This document shows positions 21,401 through 33,355 of a stretch of DNA of 64,000 nucleotides, piece after piece. Every line of letters begins with the position of its first letter. Within the stretch, counting starts at the first letter, position 1. Source of the DNA: Saccharolobus islandicus REY15A. Lineage in GTDB: Archaea > Thermoproteota > Thermoprotei_A > Sulfolobales > Sulfolobaceae. The stretch lies in assembly GCF_000189555.1 (NCBI RefSeq), contig NC_017276.1; one strand, 5' to 3'. A program made the translations under genes and the position numbers. The notes below the pieces were generated by a model, which searched no databases, was not told the DNA's origin, and saw only the letters and a program-made list of their open reading frames with translations.

Positions 21401-22654
21401 TTAGGTCCCTGATTTCCATTGTTCCAAGTACTCTTTTTGCTCCTCCGTCAACTCGTCAATTTGAATACCCATGGATTTCAACTTTATTCTAGCCACTTCG
21501 TAATCCAATTCCATTGGCATATTATACACTTTCTTCTCTAATTTTCCTCTATTCTTAACTAGGTATTCTACGGCTAAAGCTTGATTTGCAAAGCTCATAT
21601 CCATTACTTCGCTAGGATGACCCTCTGCTGCAGCTAAATTTACTAACCTACCATCTGCTAGTAAGTACACTTTCTTACCGTTAGGTAAAGTATACTCATC
21701 AACATAAGGTCTTATGTTTCTTACCTTAACTGCAGTCTCCTTTAACCCTTTTACGTCCACCTCTACGTTAAAGTGTCCTGCATTAGATAAGATTGCACCA
21801 TCTTTCATATTGAGCATATGCTCTACTCTTATAGCCTTTGTATTTCCAGTAGCTGTTACGAATATGTCACCGACCTTTGAGGCCTCTGCAATAGGCATAA
21901 CGTCAAAGCCATCCATTACTGCTTCAAGCGCTCTTATTGGATCTACTTCAGTTACTATGACTCTAGCACCCATTCCTCTTAATCTATTAGCTATTCCCCT
22001 ACCTACCCATCCATATCCAGCTACAACTGTGATTTTCCCTGCAATTAGAATGTTTGTAGCCCTAAGTATTCCATCTATGGCACTTTGTCCAGTTCCATAT
22101 CTGTTATCGAAAAGGTACTTGGTATATGCGTTGTTTACTGCGATGAGAGGATACTTAAGGACACCGTCCTTCTCCATTGCCTTAAGTCTAATAACACCAG
22201 TTGTGGTTTCTTCAGTTCCGCCATAAATATCAAGTTTAGAACTTACCTTTTCATGAATGTAAGCGTGTAAATCAGCACCATCATCCATTACAATATTTGG
22301 CTCGTGAATCTTTACAATACTTTCAATATTGGAATAATATTCTGTCTCATTTTCTCCTTTCCATGCGAATACTGAGATTCCTTCCTCTACTAAGGCTGCT
22401 GCTACATCATCTTGAGTTGAAAGGGGATTACTTCCAGCTAAAGCAACGTTAGCTCCACCTATTTTAAGGGTTTTAACTAGCGCTGCTGTTTCCTTGGTAA
22501 CGTGAAGTACTGCTGATATGTTAATACCTTTTAGTGGTTTTTCAGCTTCAAATCTCTTCCTTATTTCCATCAATGTTGGCATGTGTCTTTCTGCCCATTC
22601 TATTTGCTTTTTTCCCTCACTTGCGAGAGAAAGGTCTTTTATTTTGTAGCTCAT
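21401..22654 (-). CDS. ahcY: S-adenosylhomocysteine hydrolase
   Basis: [38 protein letters not shown]. Start moved to the ATG at 22654 (MSYKIKD). Confidence 0.97.
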   Translation of the reverse strand: MSYKIKDLSLASEGKKQIEWAERHMPTLMEIRKRFEAEKPLKGINISAVLHVTKETAALVKTLKIGGANVALAGSNPLSTQDDVAAALVEEGISVFAWKGENETEYYSNIESIVKIHEPNIVMDDGADLHAYIHEKVSSKLDIYGGTEETTTGVIRLKAMEKDGVLKYPLIAVNNAYTKYLFDNRYGTGQSAIDGILRATNILIAGKITVVAGYGWVGRGIANRLRGMGARVIVTEVDPIRALEAVMDGFDVMPIAEASKVGDIFVTATGNTKAIRVEHMLNMKDGAILSNAGHFNVEVDVKGLKETAVKVRNIRPYVDEYTLPNGKKVYLLADGRLVNLAAAEGHPSEVMDMSFANQALAVEYLVKNRGKLEKKVYNMPMELDYEVARIKLKSMGIQIDELTEEQKEYLEQWKSGT

Positions 22655-22729
22655 CGGAAGTTTTTTATCGAAAGAACATAAAAAGCTTAGGATTTTTATC
22701 TGTTTATCCATGTATGCAAATTTTATCAC

Positions 22730-22814
22730 TGCGGGGGACGGGATTTGAACCCGCGAAGGCCTTCGCCAGTAGGGCCTGAGCCTACCCCCTTCGACCTAGC
22801 TCGGGCACCCCCGC
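22730..22814 (-). tRNA. tRNA-Leu(CAG)
   Basis: GCGGGGG acceptor stem, GTAGG-CTCAGGC-CCTAC, variable arm. Confidence 0.95.
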
Positions 22815-23155
22815 ATGTTAAATTAAGTAGAAGTTTTTGGTAATAAATTATTACCATTATAACTTGGGGCGATTCAGGTCTCTTTTGCGAATTGTAATTT
22901 GTGAATAAGATTGGCATAATAAAGTAAACTACTGAGCGTGGATCTCCACCTAGTCAGTGTGGTGGTATTTGATTAAATTCATTACGATTCTTTAAATAAA
23001 CTGAATTCGCAAAGGATGCGTGAATGACCCTAACTTTAGAAGGATTGCATTTTTCTTTTAAGCATGATTTTAACGGTTACATGGATAAGTGCGTATATAT
23101 ATCAACTTCCTATTATTATGAAAAAATATTTAAACACTAACCAGTTAAATTTCAT

Positions 23156-23311
23156 ATGGCTGTAGGAACTGCGGCCGGAATATCTCTAAGTTCAATCTTA
23201 AGTACAATAGGTGGGATTATTGGAGCAATAGGTGCTTCATTAGACATAGCACAGCAGCAGTGTGAGATGATTTCACTGAAAGAGTATTATAAATATAAAA
23301 TAGAGGGGTAA
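23156..23311 (+). CDS. 51-aa hydrophobic Gly/Ala-rich peptide, or N-terminal fragment of a decayed gene
   Basis: MAVGTAAGISLSSILSTIGGIIGAIGASLDIAQQQCEMISLKEYYKYKIEG*; same frame as 23432-24382. Confidence 0.45.
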   Translation: MAVGTAAGISLSSILSTIGGIIGAIGASLDIAQQQCEMISLKEYYKYKIEG

Positions 23312-23431
23312 CAAAAAGATGTATGAGATTTATCCTGCCATAGCTGTTGCTGAAAGAATATCAGCTGTTGCCGTGTCAAACAGTTCAAGTGCTTATTAAT
23401 TGAAAACTAAGATTTTTAGACACAAGGTATT

Positions 23432-24382
23432 TTGATTAAGACTGAGGATACTGGAGAATACTATTACATTGGAGGAATATCACCAGTGTGGGTAGGTGGT
23501 AGTAATATTGTAGTATATCAAGGTGATGCGGCGTTTAGGGGTTCAGTAAAATTGCCTGCTAAGGCTAGGGATATTTTTATAAGTAATGGAGGAATTGGAA
23601 TTATACCGTTAAAAAGGGTATCAGCACAGATTGAATGGTATAATCCAGCTAGGTTTAAATCTTGCCAAGGTCTACTTGGTGCAATTTGGGATTACATAAC
23701 TACAATAGGTGTTGTTTCAGTAGTTGCAATCGCAAGTTTAGCATCAGAAATAACGCTTTCTTCTCCAAGAAGTATAGATGATTTAGTCTATCCCGGTAGT
23801 TGTTGTAGTTATTATGTTTCAAAAACTCTCATAGGGAGTTCGTTAGGAGGAGAGAGGTCTGATGAACTTCGTACTACTTCTGATCAATATCCTTTCATCT
23901 ATCTGGCTTTGGCCTTATTTAAGCAAGTAGCTAGTGGGGTAGGTTTATCAAATTATCCTGCAGTTACGGTTAATGGTCAAATAGATGTGGTCTTAAATAA
24001 TTGTAACCAAATCATGCCTAGTGAGTATTGTACAAGAATTGCAGTAGGAACTGTATTTCAACCGTTTACTCTCGATTTCAAGTTTAATGATATTGATATT
24101 GGTGCTCCAGTGTTCAGTAGACACTTCTGTGCAACATATTGTTCAGAATTTGGATTAGTGGGACTAATCAAATCCTTCTCGACAAGAACTATTAATGTGC
24201 CACTTGGTAATAATTTGCAATATCCAGTTGAATTCGTCTTTTTGGACGTTGTTAAGTCTCCCACTGATTTCACTACAGCTGGTATCGCAAATTACACTAA
24301 GGAGCTGAATATAAGCGAGGGATTTAACATTAGTAGTTATTGGAAATTCTTAGCTGATTCTTTTGCAGAATCAAGATGTTAG
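23432..24382 (+). CDS. Cys-rich hypothetical protein, probably 5'-truncated
   Basis: 316-aa ORF with weak TTG start, no SD, a central hydrophobic segment and several Cys. Confidence 0.55.
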   Translation: MIKTEDTGEYYYIGGISPVWVGGSNIVVYQGDAAFRGSVKLPAKARDIFISNGGIGIIPLKRVSAQIEWYNPARFKSCQGLLGAIWDYITTIGVVSVVAIASLASEITLSSPRSIDDLVYPGSCCSYYVSKTLIGSSLGGERSDELRTTSDQYPFIYLALALFKQVASGVGLSNYPAVTVNGQIDVVLNNCNQIMPSEYCTRIAVGTVFQPFTLDFKFNDIDIGAPVFSRHFCATYCSEFGLVGLIKSFSTRTINVPLGNNLQYPVEFVFLDVVKSPTDFTTAGIANYTKELNISEGFNISSYWKFLADSFAESRC

Positions 24383-24397
24383 CAAGCTACGAACTTA

Positions 24398-24787
24398 TTG
24401 GACTTACTAATGATAATAGATGCCATTAATAAGGAGAAAAAGACTATTGCTGGGATTTCTGCAGTTTTTCCAATAGCCATTGCTGAGTTGGCTGCACTTG
24501 CCATTGATTGGTCTGAAGTGTCTTATGAAGATGGTTATAGGCAAGTTGAGGAGAGGGCTATGGAATTAAAAAACGTGTATAATGAGGTTTTATCTACGAT
24601 AAATAACTGCATTGAAGCTTATCCCGGTTTAACTAGGAATCAGAAGACAATGTATGAGCAAATGGTAAGGGATTATCTGAATGGTGTTTTACCACTTGTA
24701 AATCCAGATTGGAGTCCCAACGAGTTAAAGGGTTATTTACTACAAGAGGCCACAAATTACTTGTCAAATTATGAGATCTCGTGTTAA
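24398..24787 (+). CDS. Helical hypothetical protein
   Basis: 129-aa ORF coupled to the previous gene. Confidence 0.6.
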   Translation: MDLLMIIDAINKEKKTIAGISAVFPIAIAELAALAIDWSEVSYEDGYRQVEERAMELKNVYNEVLSTINNCIEAYPGLTRNQKTMYEQMVRDYLNGVLPLVNPDWSPNELKGYLLQEATNYLSNYEISC

Positions 24788-24841
24788 TTTTTGTAGTATT
24801 AATTTCCTCTTTTTCCAAAAATCGAACGAATAGAGTTATTA

Positions 24842-24941
24842 TGCGGGGGACGGGATTCGAACCCGTGCAGGCCTTCGCCAGCGGATCTCTTACTTGGGGG
24901 TCTTAAGTCCGCCCCCTTTGACCAGGCTCGGGCACCCCCGC
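24842..24941 (-). tRNA. tRNA-Leu(TAA) with a canonical intron of about 15 nt
   Basis: GCGGGGG acceptor stem, GCGGA-CT-TAA-G[intron]A-TCCGC. Confidence 0.93.
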
Positions 24942-25030
24942 AATCTATTATACTGAGTTCAGTTTTACCTTATATGTTTTTCCAACAAAAATCTTAATTA
25001 TGTGGCATATAATGAGTAAGAGGGAATATT

Positions 25031-25336
25031 ATGGTTAAACATTCGAGGGGTTATCGAACTAGATCAAGGAGTTTATTAAGAAAGAGTCCTAGAGAGAGGG
25101 GTGCAGTTCCATCTCTAAGCAGACTAATGGTTGAATATAAGGAAGGAGATAAGGTCGTAATAAAGATAAACCCATCAGTACATTCCGGTATGCCTCATAG
25201 ACGGTATCAAGGTAAAGTAGGGAAAATTATTGGAAAAAGAGGTAGGGCATATTTAGTTTCGGTCACATTGGGCGATAAGGAAAAGGTAATAATTGTTAGG
25301 CCTGAGCATTTGGTTTCTTTTAGTTCTAGTGGGTGA
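25031..25336 (+). CDS. rpl21e: 50S ribosomal protein L21e
   Basis: HSRGYRTRSR, GMPHRRYQGK, RPEHL. Confidence 0.97.
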   Translation: MVKHSRGYRTRSRSLLRKSPRERGAVPSLSRLMVEYKEGDKVVIKINPSVHSGMPHRRYQGKVGKIIGKRGRAYLVSVTLGDKEKVIIVRPEHLVSFSSSG

Positions 25337-25343
25337 TTAGTAT

Positions 25344-25685
25344 TTGTCATCTGTATACATAGTTGAGGAACACTATATTCCTTACTCAGTGGCAAAAAAA
25401 TTACTAAGTGATGTAATTAAATCTGGCAGTTCATCTAATTTATTACAAAGGACTTATGATTATTTAAATAGTGTAGAGAAATGCGATGCTGAGTCCGCAC
25501 AGAAGGTTGTTGAAGAGTTGAGCAGTATCATAAGTAGGGAAGATGTTAGAGCGGTTTTAGCTAGTATTTGCCCTATTACACTTGACGAGGTAAGGAGTAT
25601 TTTGATAATGGACAGTAATAGGACATATACTTCTGAGGACATACAAAAAATAATTGATATAATTAGGAAATACATTAAGAGTTGA
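25344..25685 (+). CDS. rpo4: RNA polymerase subunit Rpo4 (F)
   Basis: HRDC-like, ICP.T.DEVRSIL; conserved position after rpl21e. Confidence 0.9.
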   Translation: MSSVYIVEEHYIPYSVAKKLLSDVIKSGSSSNLLQRTYDYLNSVEKCDAESAQKVVEELSSIISREDVRAVLASICPITLDEVRSILIMDSNRTYTSEDIQKIIDIIRKYIKS

Positions 25686-25726
25686 GTTTTTACTTTTAGA
25701 ATCTATTACTACTTAGGGAAGTAGAA

Positions 25727-26353
25727 TTGCAAAGAAAAAGGGTAGTAAAGGAGCGAGTAGTGTATGTTTTAGATTATATGAGGGAAGGTAATCCATTAGA
25801 TAGGCATAAGTTTCACAGGGATAAGCCTCTTATTCAAGCTGTAGGTGAGGATTACTTCTTATTGCTTGAACTCACTCCCCTATCTTATAATTTGGATTTC
25901 TTTCCCGAGGATAAGATTGAATTGGACTCAAATTCCAGTGTTAAGGTAGATGCTCATATTTCTTACGAGGATCTTACATCAGTATCTAAAGATAATTTGC
26001 CTAAGATCTTGCATAAAATAGTTTTAGAGAAAGAAAAAGTCTTCGTGGAGATTTTTAACAAGGCTGAGCCATTAACGTTGAAGCTTCATGCGTTGGAGTT
26101 ATTGCCAAACATTGGTAAAAAGACTTTAAGAATAATTCTGGAGGAAAGAAAGAAAAAACCCTTTGAGAGTTTTAAAGATATAGAGACGCGTATAGGCATT
26201 AAGGATTTGGCTTCAATACTAGTAGAGAGGATAATAAAGGAGATGCAAGGTGGAGAGAAATACTATCTGTTTGTATATCCTCTTGTATCAGATGAAAATA
26301 AAAGATTAGAACAGCAATTCATTTACGTGGGTTATATTGAAAAGCTAAAGTAA
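25727..26353 (+). CDS. DUF655 putative RNA-binding protein
   Basis: YVLDY, H.LELLP.IGKK HhH, F.SF.DI; conserved order rpo4-DUF655-rsmA. Confidence 0.88.
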   Translation: MQRKRVVKERVVYVLDYMREGNPLDRHKFHRDKPLIQAVGEDYFLLLELTPLSYNLDFFPEDKIELDSNSSVKVDAHISYEDLTSVSKDNLPKILHKIVLEKEKVFVEIFNKAEPLTLKLHALELLPNIGKKTLRIILEERKKKPFESFKDIETRIGIKDLASILVERIIKEMQGGEKYYLFVYPLVSDENKRLEQQFIYVGYIEKLK

Positions 26354-27006
26354 GGCTTTCACAAGTTTTTCTTATTGATAAGAGTTTTATAGAAAAGTTT
26401 ATTTCATACGTGGATACTGGAATCAGACCTATTTTAGAGATTGGATGTGGAAAAGGAAATATTACTAAATTTTTAGAACCGGATATTTGTATTGAATTAG
26501 ATGAGAAAATGACAGACTATTTGAAAGATTATAATCTTGTAATAGCAGATGCAAGATATTTGCCAATACTAAGGGGTCAATTAGTTTCTTCTCTACCTTA
26601 CCAGATAACTTCAGATTTTTTCAAGGAGGTAGTTAAACTTGACAATATAAGTAAGCTTATACTGATTTTGCAAAAGGATTTTGTGGATAAGATTCTTAAT
26701 GATCCTACATATATTTCTTTTTTGCTTAATTATGTGTTTGATATACAGACTAAAGACATAATTCCACCAAGATGTTTCAGTCCTCGTCCAAAAGTCTATT
26801 CAATTATTACAGTTTTTAATAGGGTAAGAGAATATAATGACGATGTTGATAGTTTAATTTCATGTATTAGTAGATATAGGAATAAAACTTTAAAAAATGC
26901 TTCTAAGTTGTGTGGGCTTAGTTCAGATAATAATTTGAAGGTGAGGGAATTTAAACCTTGGCAAGTGTTAGAATTGTTGAATTCCGTGGATTTAAGTTAT
27001 GTTTAA
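26350..27006 (+). CDS. rsmA: 16S rRNA dimethyladenosine transferase RsmA/KsgA; N-terminus extends upstream of the first canonical start (26410)
   Basis: In-frame LSQVFLID (KsgA GQNFL-like motif) at 26356-26379, EIGCGKG, SSLPYQITS, F.PRPKV.S. Confidence 0.85.
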   Translation, partial: VRLSQVFLIDKSFIEKFISYVDTGIRPILEIGCGKGNITKFLEPDICIELDEKMTDYLKDYNLVIADARYLPILRGQLVSSLPYQITSDFFKEVVKLDNISKLILILQKDFVDKILNDPTYISFLLNYVFDIQTKDIIPPRCFSPRPKVYSIITVFNRVREYNDDVDSLISCISRYRNKTLKNASKLCGLSSDNNLKVREFKPWQVLELLNSVDLSYV

Positions 27007-27581
27007 ATGATCAGACGTATGAACCTTCTGATGATACCGATATTCTACTTAACCTACTAAAGGTAGGTAAAGGGGAAAAGGTCTTAGATATGGGATCTGG
27101 TTCTGGGATTTTAGGAATATGGTCTCTGATAATGGGAGGAAAGGTAATATTTGTAGATATAAATCCATATGCGACGACATCTACATTATGTTCCTTAAAA
27201 GTTAATAATTTGTATAATAGTCCAAATTATTTAGGTGTTCTTAATTGCGATTTGTTGTCTTGTCTTAGAAAGTATGATTTTGATGTAGCTATTTTTAACC
27301 CTCCCTATTTACCAGTGGAGGAGTATAATGAATGGATAGGGTATAGTTGGTCTGGTGGAAAGGATGGAAGTAAAGTTCTTGTTGATTTTTTAAAAACTGT
27401 AAAAGCTAATAGAATTTATACCCTATATTCTTCTTTAAGTGATGAAGATAGGATATTATATGCTATTAATAAGGGAAGATTCAAAATTTCACAGAAGTAT
27501 GAGAAGGTTATTGGGTATGAGAGATTGATAGGATTGGAGTTGGTGAAGGAGGATGATAAGGGTAGTTTTAGTAGAGCCTGA
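26958..27581 (+). CDS. HemK2/MTQ2-like N5-glutamine methyltransferase
   Basis: YEPSDDT, DMGSGSG, FNPPY. Confidence 0.88.
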   Translation: MASVRIVEFRGFKLCLNDQTYEPSDDTDILLNLLKVGKGEKVLDMGSGSGILGIWSLIMGGKVIFVDINPYATTSTLCSLKVNNLYNSPNYLGVLNCDLLSCLRKYDFDVAIFNPPYLPVEEYNEWIGYSWSGGKDGSKVLVDFLKTVKANRIYTLYSSLSDEDRILYAINKGRFKISQKYEKVIGYERLIGLELVKEDDKGSFSRA

Positions 27582-28266
27582 AGGTGAATATAACATTGGT
27601 TTTGTTGCCAGGTTATGTAGAAATTTTTCGGTTGATGAACTCTATATAGTTAATCCAAGGGCCAACGTTTCTGAGGCTTTCAAGTTTTCCGCTGGTGGGA
27701 AAGAATTTTTAGAGAAGGCTAAAATTGTGAACAGCTTTGATGAGGCTATAAATGACGTCGATATTAAGATAGCTACTTCCAGTATAGCAGATAATAATGG
27801 AGATATTTTACGGAAATCTATAAGACCGTGGGAACTGCTGTCTTTAATTCAAGGTAAGAAAGTCGCATTGGTTTTTGGTAGAGAAAGCGTTGGTCTAACT
27901 AGAGAAGAGATATTTAGGTGTGATTTTCTCCTTTATATCCCAGCAAATCCTAGTTATCCCGTTCTTAATCTTTCTCATGCTGTTGGCATAGTATTATATG
28001 AAATTTGGAAAAATAGAGAATTATTGAATAATCCCCAGACTTCTACAATTTCTGATCAATCAATAAAATTAATAGATAGATATGCCGAAATTCTCTATAA
28101 AATGCTTAAAAGATCTGATGACGATTATAAGATGTATATAGCACTAAAGCGTACAATTATAAAGGGAGTAAAGGATGAGGAAGAGGCTAGGGTCATTGTG
28201 CATTTTTTGAGAAAACTTTATACCAGAATAATCCACAATGAAAAGGAGATGAATAATGTCAGCTAA
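27553..28266 (+). CDS. trmJ: SPOUT tRNA 2'-O-methyltransferase, TrmJ family
   Basis: VLVEP...NIG..AR, VFGRESVGL, LNLSHAV. Confidence 0.88.
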   Translation: MIRVVLVEPEGEYNIGFVARLCRNFSVDELYIVNPRANVSEAFKFSAGGKEFLEKAKIVNSFDEAINDVDIKIATSSIADNNGDILRKSIRPWELLSLIQGKKVALVFGRESVGLTREEIFRCDFLLYIPANPSYPVLNLSHAVGIVLYEIWKNRELLNNPQTSTISDQSIKLIDRYAEILYKMLKRSDDDYKMYIALKRTIIKGVKDEEEARVIVHFLRKLYTRIIHNEKEMNNVS

Positions 28267-28882
28267 AGGAGGGACAATCAAGGATAAGTGGAAAATGAAG
28301 AAATGGTATAGTATAATTGCACCTAAAGTTTTTGGAGAGGTTTCCTTAGGTTCTACACCAGCCTACGATGTGACTCAAACCATAGGGAGAAGAGTTGAGA
28401 CGACTTTATATGATCTCACTGGTGATTTCAGCCAAGTTTACGTTCACTTATACTTTAAGATTGTAAGTAATGAAGGGGACAGATTGATTACGAGATTTGT
28501 TGGACATGAGCTCTCGAGAGATTACTTAAGATCATTAATTAGGAGAAAGAGCTCTAAAGTAAACAGCGTATTTGATGTTACTACTAAGGATGGCTATGTA
28601 GTAAGGGTTAAGGGATTAGTTCTAACTACGTATAAATGTCATCAATCTCAAAAAACTGCGATTAGAAAAATAATTAATGAGACCATATCCAAAAAAGCTA
28701 GTGAACTTACCTTTGATGATTTTACACAAGAGGTAGTATTTGGGAGATTAGCTAATGAAATATTTGAGGCAACAAAGAAGATATACCCACTAAGGAAGGC
28801 TGAAATAGAAAAAACTAAAGTGCTAAAAGTGCCAGAAAATTTAGGTAAACAAGTTGAAAGCAGTAGTGTTAGCAGCGGGTAA
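28256..28882 (+). CDS. rps3ae: 30S ribosomal protein S3Ae (eS1)
   Basis: KDKWKMKKWY, GRRVE, IYPLRKAEIEK. Confidence 0.97.
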   Translation: MSAKGGTIKDKWKMKKWYSIIAPKVFGEVSLGSTPAYDVTQTIGRRVETTLYDLTGDFSQVYVHLYFKIVSNEGDRLITRFVGHELSRDYLRSLIRRKSSKVNSVFDVTTKDGYVVRVKGLVLTTYKCHQSQKTAIRKIINETISKKASELTFDDFTQEVVFGRLANEIFEATKKIYPLRKAEIEKTKVLKVPENLGKQVESSSVSSG

Positions 28883-30077
28883 AGGAGAGAGATTAGAACC
28901 AATAACTCATACAAGACCTAAACCTTTTGTTCCTGTTCTTGATACTCCTTTAATTTTAAGAAATATTAGAATAGTTAAGAAATATGTTAATGATGTTGTA
29001 ATTGTAATAAATTCAAATCATAAGGAATATTTTAAACTTATTGAAGGAGTTAGCCTAGTTGAGCAGACTGAAGGGAAAGGTACTGCGGCAGCTTTACTAG
29101 CAGTGGAAAAATATCTTGAGAGGGATGACGAATTTTTAGTTATATATGGGGATCTTCTTTTTGAAGAAGAAGCAGTAGAGAAAATAGTTAACACTAACGG
29201 AGAAGCAATTCTAGCTACAGAATCTGACGATCCTAAAAAATATGGCGTTATAGTTAAAGATTCGGAAAATAGACTGGTGAGAATAGTTGAAAAGCCCGAA
29301 AATCCTCCTTCGAAATTAATTAATGCAGGTATCTATAAGCTTACCTATGATATTTTCTCATATATAGACAAAATAGGTTTATCAAGCAGAGGTGAACTTG
29401 AGCTTACAGATGCTGTAAATCTTATCGGAAATAAGGTGAAGGTAGTTACATACAATGGGATATGGTTAGATATCGGAAGGCCTTGGGATTTAATAGAGGC
29501 TAATAAGGTCCTTTTAGATAGGGAGAAGGATAGAAATCTAGGTGTGATAGAGGAGAATGTCAAAATTAAAGGTAAGGCAATTATTGAAGATGATGTTGTA
29601 ATAAAATCTGGTACCTATATAGAGGGCCCCGTTTATATAGGCAAAAATTCTGTTATCGGACCCAATGCCTATATAAGGCCATATAGCGTGATAGGAAGTA
29701 ACGTTAAGATGGGTGCGTTCAATGAGATAAAGGAAAGTGTGATAATGGAAAATACAAAGATACCGCATTTAAGTTATGTCGGCGATAGTATAATCTGTGA
29801 AGATGTGAATTTTGGGGCAGGAACGATAACAGCTAATCTACGATTTGATGAAAAGGAAGTTAAAGTCAATATAAAAAATGAAAGGGTAGGCAGTGGAAGA
29901 AAGAAATTAGGTGCAATAGTAGGCGCTCATGTAAGAACTGGGATTAACGTATCCATATTGCCTGGAGTAAAGATTGGTGCATATGCTTGGATTTATCCAG
30001 GTGCTATCGTAGATAGGGATGTTGAGAAAGGCGAGAAATTCGTTCCATACTACTTAAGAAGGTCTAGCGGTACTTGA
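28854..30077 (+). CDS. Bifunctional sugar-1-phosphate nucleotidyltransferase/acetyltransferase (GlmU-like)
   Basis: LAAGKGERL.P.T..RPKP, hexapeptide LbH repeats, HLSYVGD. Confidence 0.9.
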   Translation: MKAVVLAAGKGERLEPITHTRPKPFVPVLDTPLILRNIRIVKKYVNDVVIVINSNHKEYFKLIEGVSLVEQTEGKGTAAALLAVEKYLERDDEFLVIYGDLLFEEEAVEKIVNTNGEAILATESDDPKKYGVIVKDSENRLVRIVEKPENPPSKLINAGIYKLTYDIFSYIDKIGLSSRGELELTDAVNLIGNKVKVVTYNGIWLDIGRPWDLIEANKVLLDREKDRNLGVIEENVKIKGKAIIEDDVVIKSGTYIEGPVYIGKNSVIGPNAYIRPYSVIGSNVKMGAFNEIKESVIMENTKIPHLSYVGDSIICEDVNFGAGTITANLRFDEKEVKVNIKNERVGSGRKKLGAIVGAHVRTGINVSILPGVKIGAYAWIYPGAIVDRDVEKGEKFVPYYLRRSSGT

Positions 30078-31280
30078 CACAATCTTTATTACATCATTGT
30101 TCTGTAGTTGATAATTCTCTCCAACTCTCATTTTCCTCTTCACATCAATAGCGTATAAGAAACCTTTTGCTAATTCCGTATGTATAGCGTTAGCTAAATC
30201 TTTTGGAGTAGAACCTTTCTTTAGGAGTATCGCGTCCGGTAAAACGTTTCCATTTCTGTCAGTCAGTTTCTTCTCATCTTCTACTGGATATGTTACGATC
30301 ATGTTCAACGCATCAAATGTTGCTGTATTTATGGCTTCTTGTACTCCAGTACTTCCATACACTTGTAGCACACTACTTCTAATATATTCTAGAGCGCTCT
30401 TTTGTTTCTCGTTTAATGGTTTAAGTATGGTAAAATCATTATCTCCTGGAATGTAAGCTATTATTCCAGCCTTTGCTGCTTTCCTTAGAGCCATCTCTGA
30501 TGCTGCACTAGTTGGAATAACCCACTTGTATTTCTCTTTTAATCTCTTAATGTTATTTCTAGCTTGTGGTAAATCGCTCTTGTTTGCAGCAATTATCATA
30601 GGTTTACTTATTTCTCGTAAAGTTTTAGCTAATGCCCTTAAATCTTGTTCTGTCCATTGCATTAATTTTAGGTTTTCCAATTTTGTAGCTTTTAGAGTTT
30701 CAATAATATGTGATCTATTTACAGATATTCCAGATAATTTACTTAGTAAGGCATCTACTAGATCTTTTCCAGACAAATCTATTGTTCTTGCAAATTTAGC
30801 CCAGTCTTTATTAATAATGGAATAAAACCATTCATTGAGCTCATTTTCTATAAACTTTATATCTTCTTCTGGGTCTCTTGACCCCGGCTCTACTGGGACA
30901 CCCTCTTCATTTGTGGATCCACTTGCGTCAATTACATGTATTAGTGCATCAGCTTGACGTAAATCATCTAGGAACTTGTTTCCTAATCCTCTTCCTTCAT
31001 GGGCACCAGGTATTAATCCAGCTACATCTATTAGTTTTACTGGTATGAATCTATAATCATCTATGCAAATGGAATTCTTCGGATTACATTTGACATTAAA
31101 TTCAGTATGAACACATCTCACTCTTACATATCCTATACCTTCATTTGGATTTATAGTTACAAATGGTCTGTTAGCTATTTCCACATCTTTTAGTGTAGCT
31201 GCTGCAAAAAACGTACTTTTACCTACATTGGTCTTTCCTATAATTCCAATGGTAATCATATGTTCTGATTTAGTGGACAC
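30054..31280 (-). CDS. ychF: Obg-family YchF/OLA1-like GTPase/ATPase with TGS domain
   Basis: [23 protein letters not shown]-terminal TGS. Confidence 0.9.
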   Translation of the reverse strand: MSTKSEHMITIGIIGKTNVGKSTFFAAATLKDVEIANRPFVTINPNEGIGYVRVRCVHTEFNVKCNPKNSICIDDYRFIPVKLIDVAGLIPGAHEGRGLGNKFLDDLRQADALIHVIDASGSTNEEGVPVEPGSRDPEEDIKFIENELNEWFYSIINKDWAKFARTIDLSGKDLVDALLSKLSGISVNRSHIIETLKATKLENLKLMQWTEQDLRALAKTLREISKPMIIAANKSDLPQARNNIKRLKEKYKWVIPTSAASEMALRKAAKAGIIAYIPGDNDFTILKPLNEKQKSALEYIRSSVLQVYGSTGVQEAINTATFDALNMIVTYPVEDEKKLTDRNGNVLPDAILLKKGSTPKDLANAIHTELAKGFLYAIDVKRKMRVGENYQLQNNDVIKIVSSTARPS

Positions 31281-31314
31281 ATTTATTAATTAGATGCTTA
31301 GCATAGTATTTTGA

Positions 31315-32423
<1,109 letters not shown>

Positions 32424-32923
32424 GCTGTTTCCTTACGTCAAAAGGTTAGGATATAACATGGTTTTTAGTGAAGATGGTTTGGTTGGTATAAAAAGGGTTA
32501 CTATAAAAGCGGAAAATGGGAATCAACTGAAAAAGATGCTTAAGAAGCCTTTTATTGAGAGAGATGTATTAGTTTTTGTAAAACCTCTTTCAATAGATGC
32601 CTTAAAGTATGCTATTATCAACAAAAGGGTCAATGCTGTGATATTGGCTGATGATAATATGAGGATATTTAAGAAAAGTATGCTAAACCTATTAAGATCT
32701 TATGACAAATTCGTTGAAGTTTCACTTAAATCTTCTAGCGGGTTATTATATAATGCTATAGTGTTTGCATATAAATGGATACCTAACATTATTTTCTCCT
32801 CATATGCAAGTGATTTTAACGAGATCTGGAGTCCAATCTCTAAAATAAGTTATTTGACCGTATTGGGAGCTGATGAAGAGGAAGCTTATAAGTTTGTTAT
32901 ATTAAATCCCATAAAGTTGTTGA

Positions 32924-33355
32924 ATGAACTCAATTCAACTAATAATTGACATTATATTAATATTATGGCTTCTCATATTAACTGTATTATATCTCAGAAA
33001 AAAGAGCTTAAACCTTAATATTGTGAAAAATAAGAAAATAGTAAGAGCTAAAAGATATATAGTGTTTTACGTTATTGCAGAATCCAAAGTAAAAGGTGAT
33101 GATTTAGAGAGGGTTGTTCGTAACTCCTTGAAGGATCTATTAGGTAATGTATGGCTTAATATTGCAAATCCTAAAGTTGTTACATATAGAGAGGATACTC
33201 AAGAAGGGATTATATCTACTAATAGGATAGGCTATAAGGCTGTTTTAGCTAGTTTACCTTTTGCTAAGGAAATTAATGGTAACAAAATACTTATAGTTCC
33301 AAGAAGAACAACCGGAAGCTTAAAAAAGGCTAAAAAACTAATCGGATTAAAGTGA
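32924..33355 (+). CDS. rnp2: RNase P protein Pop5/Rpp14
   Basis: [21 protein letters not shown]. Confidence 0.9.
   Translation: MNSIQLIIDIILILWLLILTVLYLRKKSLNLNIVKNKKIVRAKRYIVFYVIAESKVKGDDLERVVRNSLKDLLGNVWLNIANPKVVTYREDTQEGIISTNRIGYKAVLASLPFAKEINGNKILIVPRRTTGSLKKAKKLIGLK

Noticed and set aside
22534-22917. ORF-track entries 22534-22779 and 22726-22917
   Set aside because: They overlap tRNA-Leu(CAG) and ahcY; GC-rich tRNA sequence creates open frames
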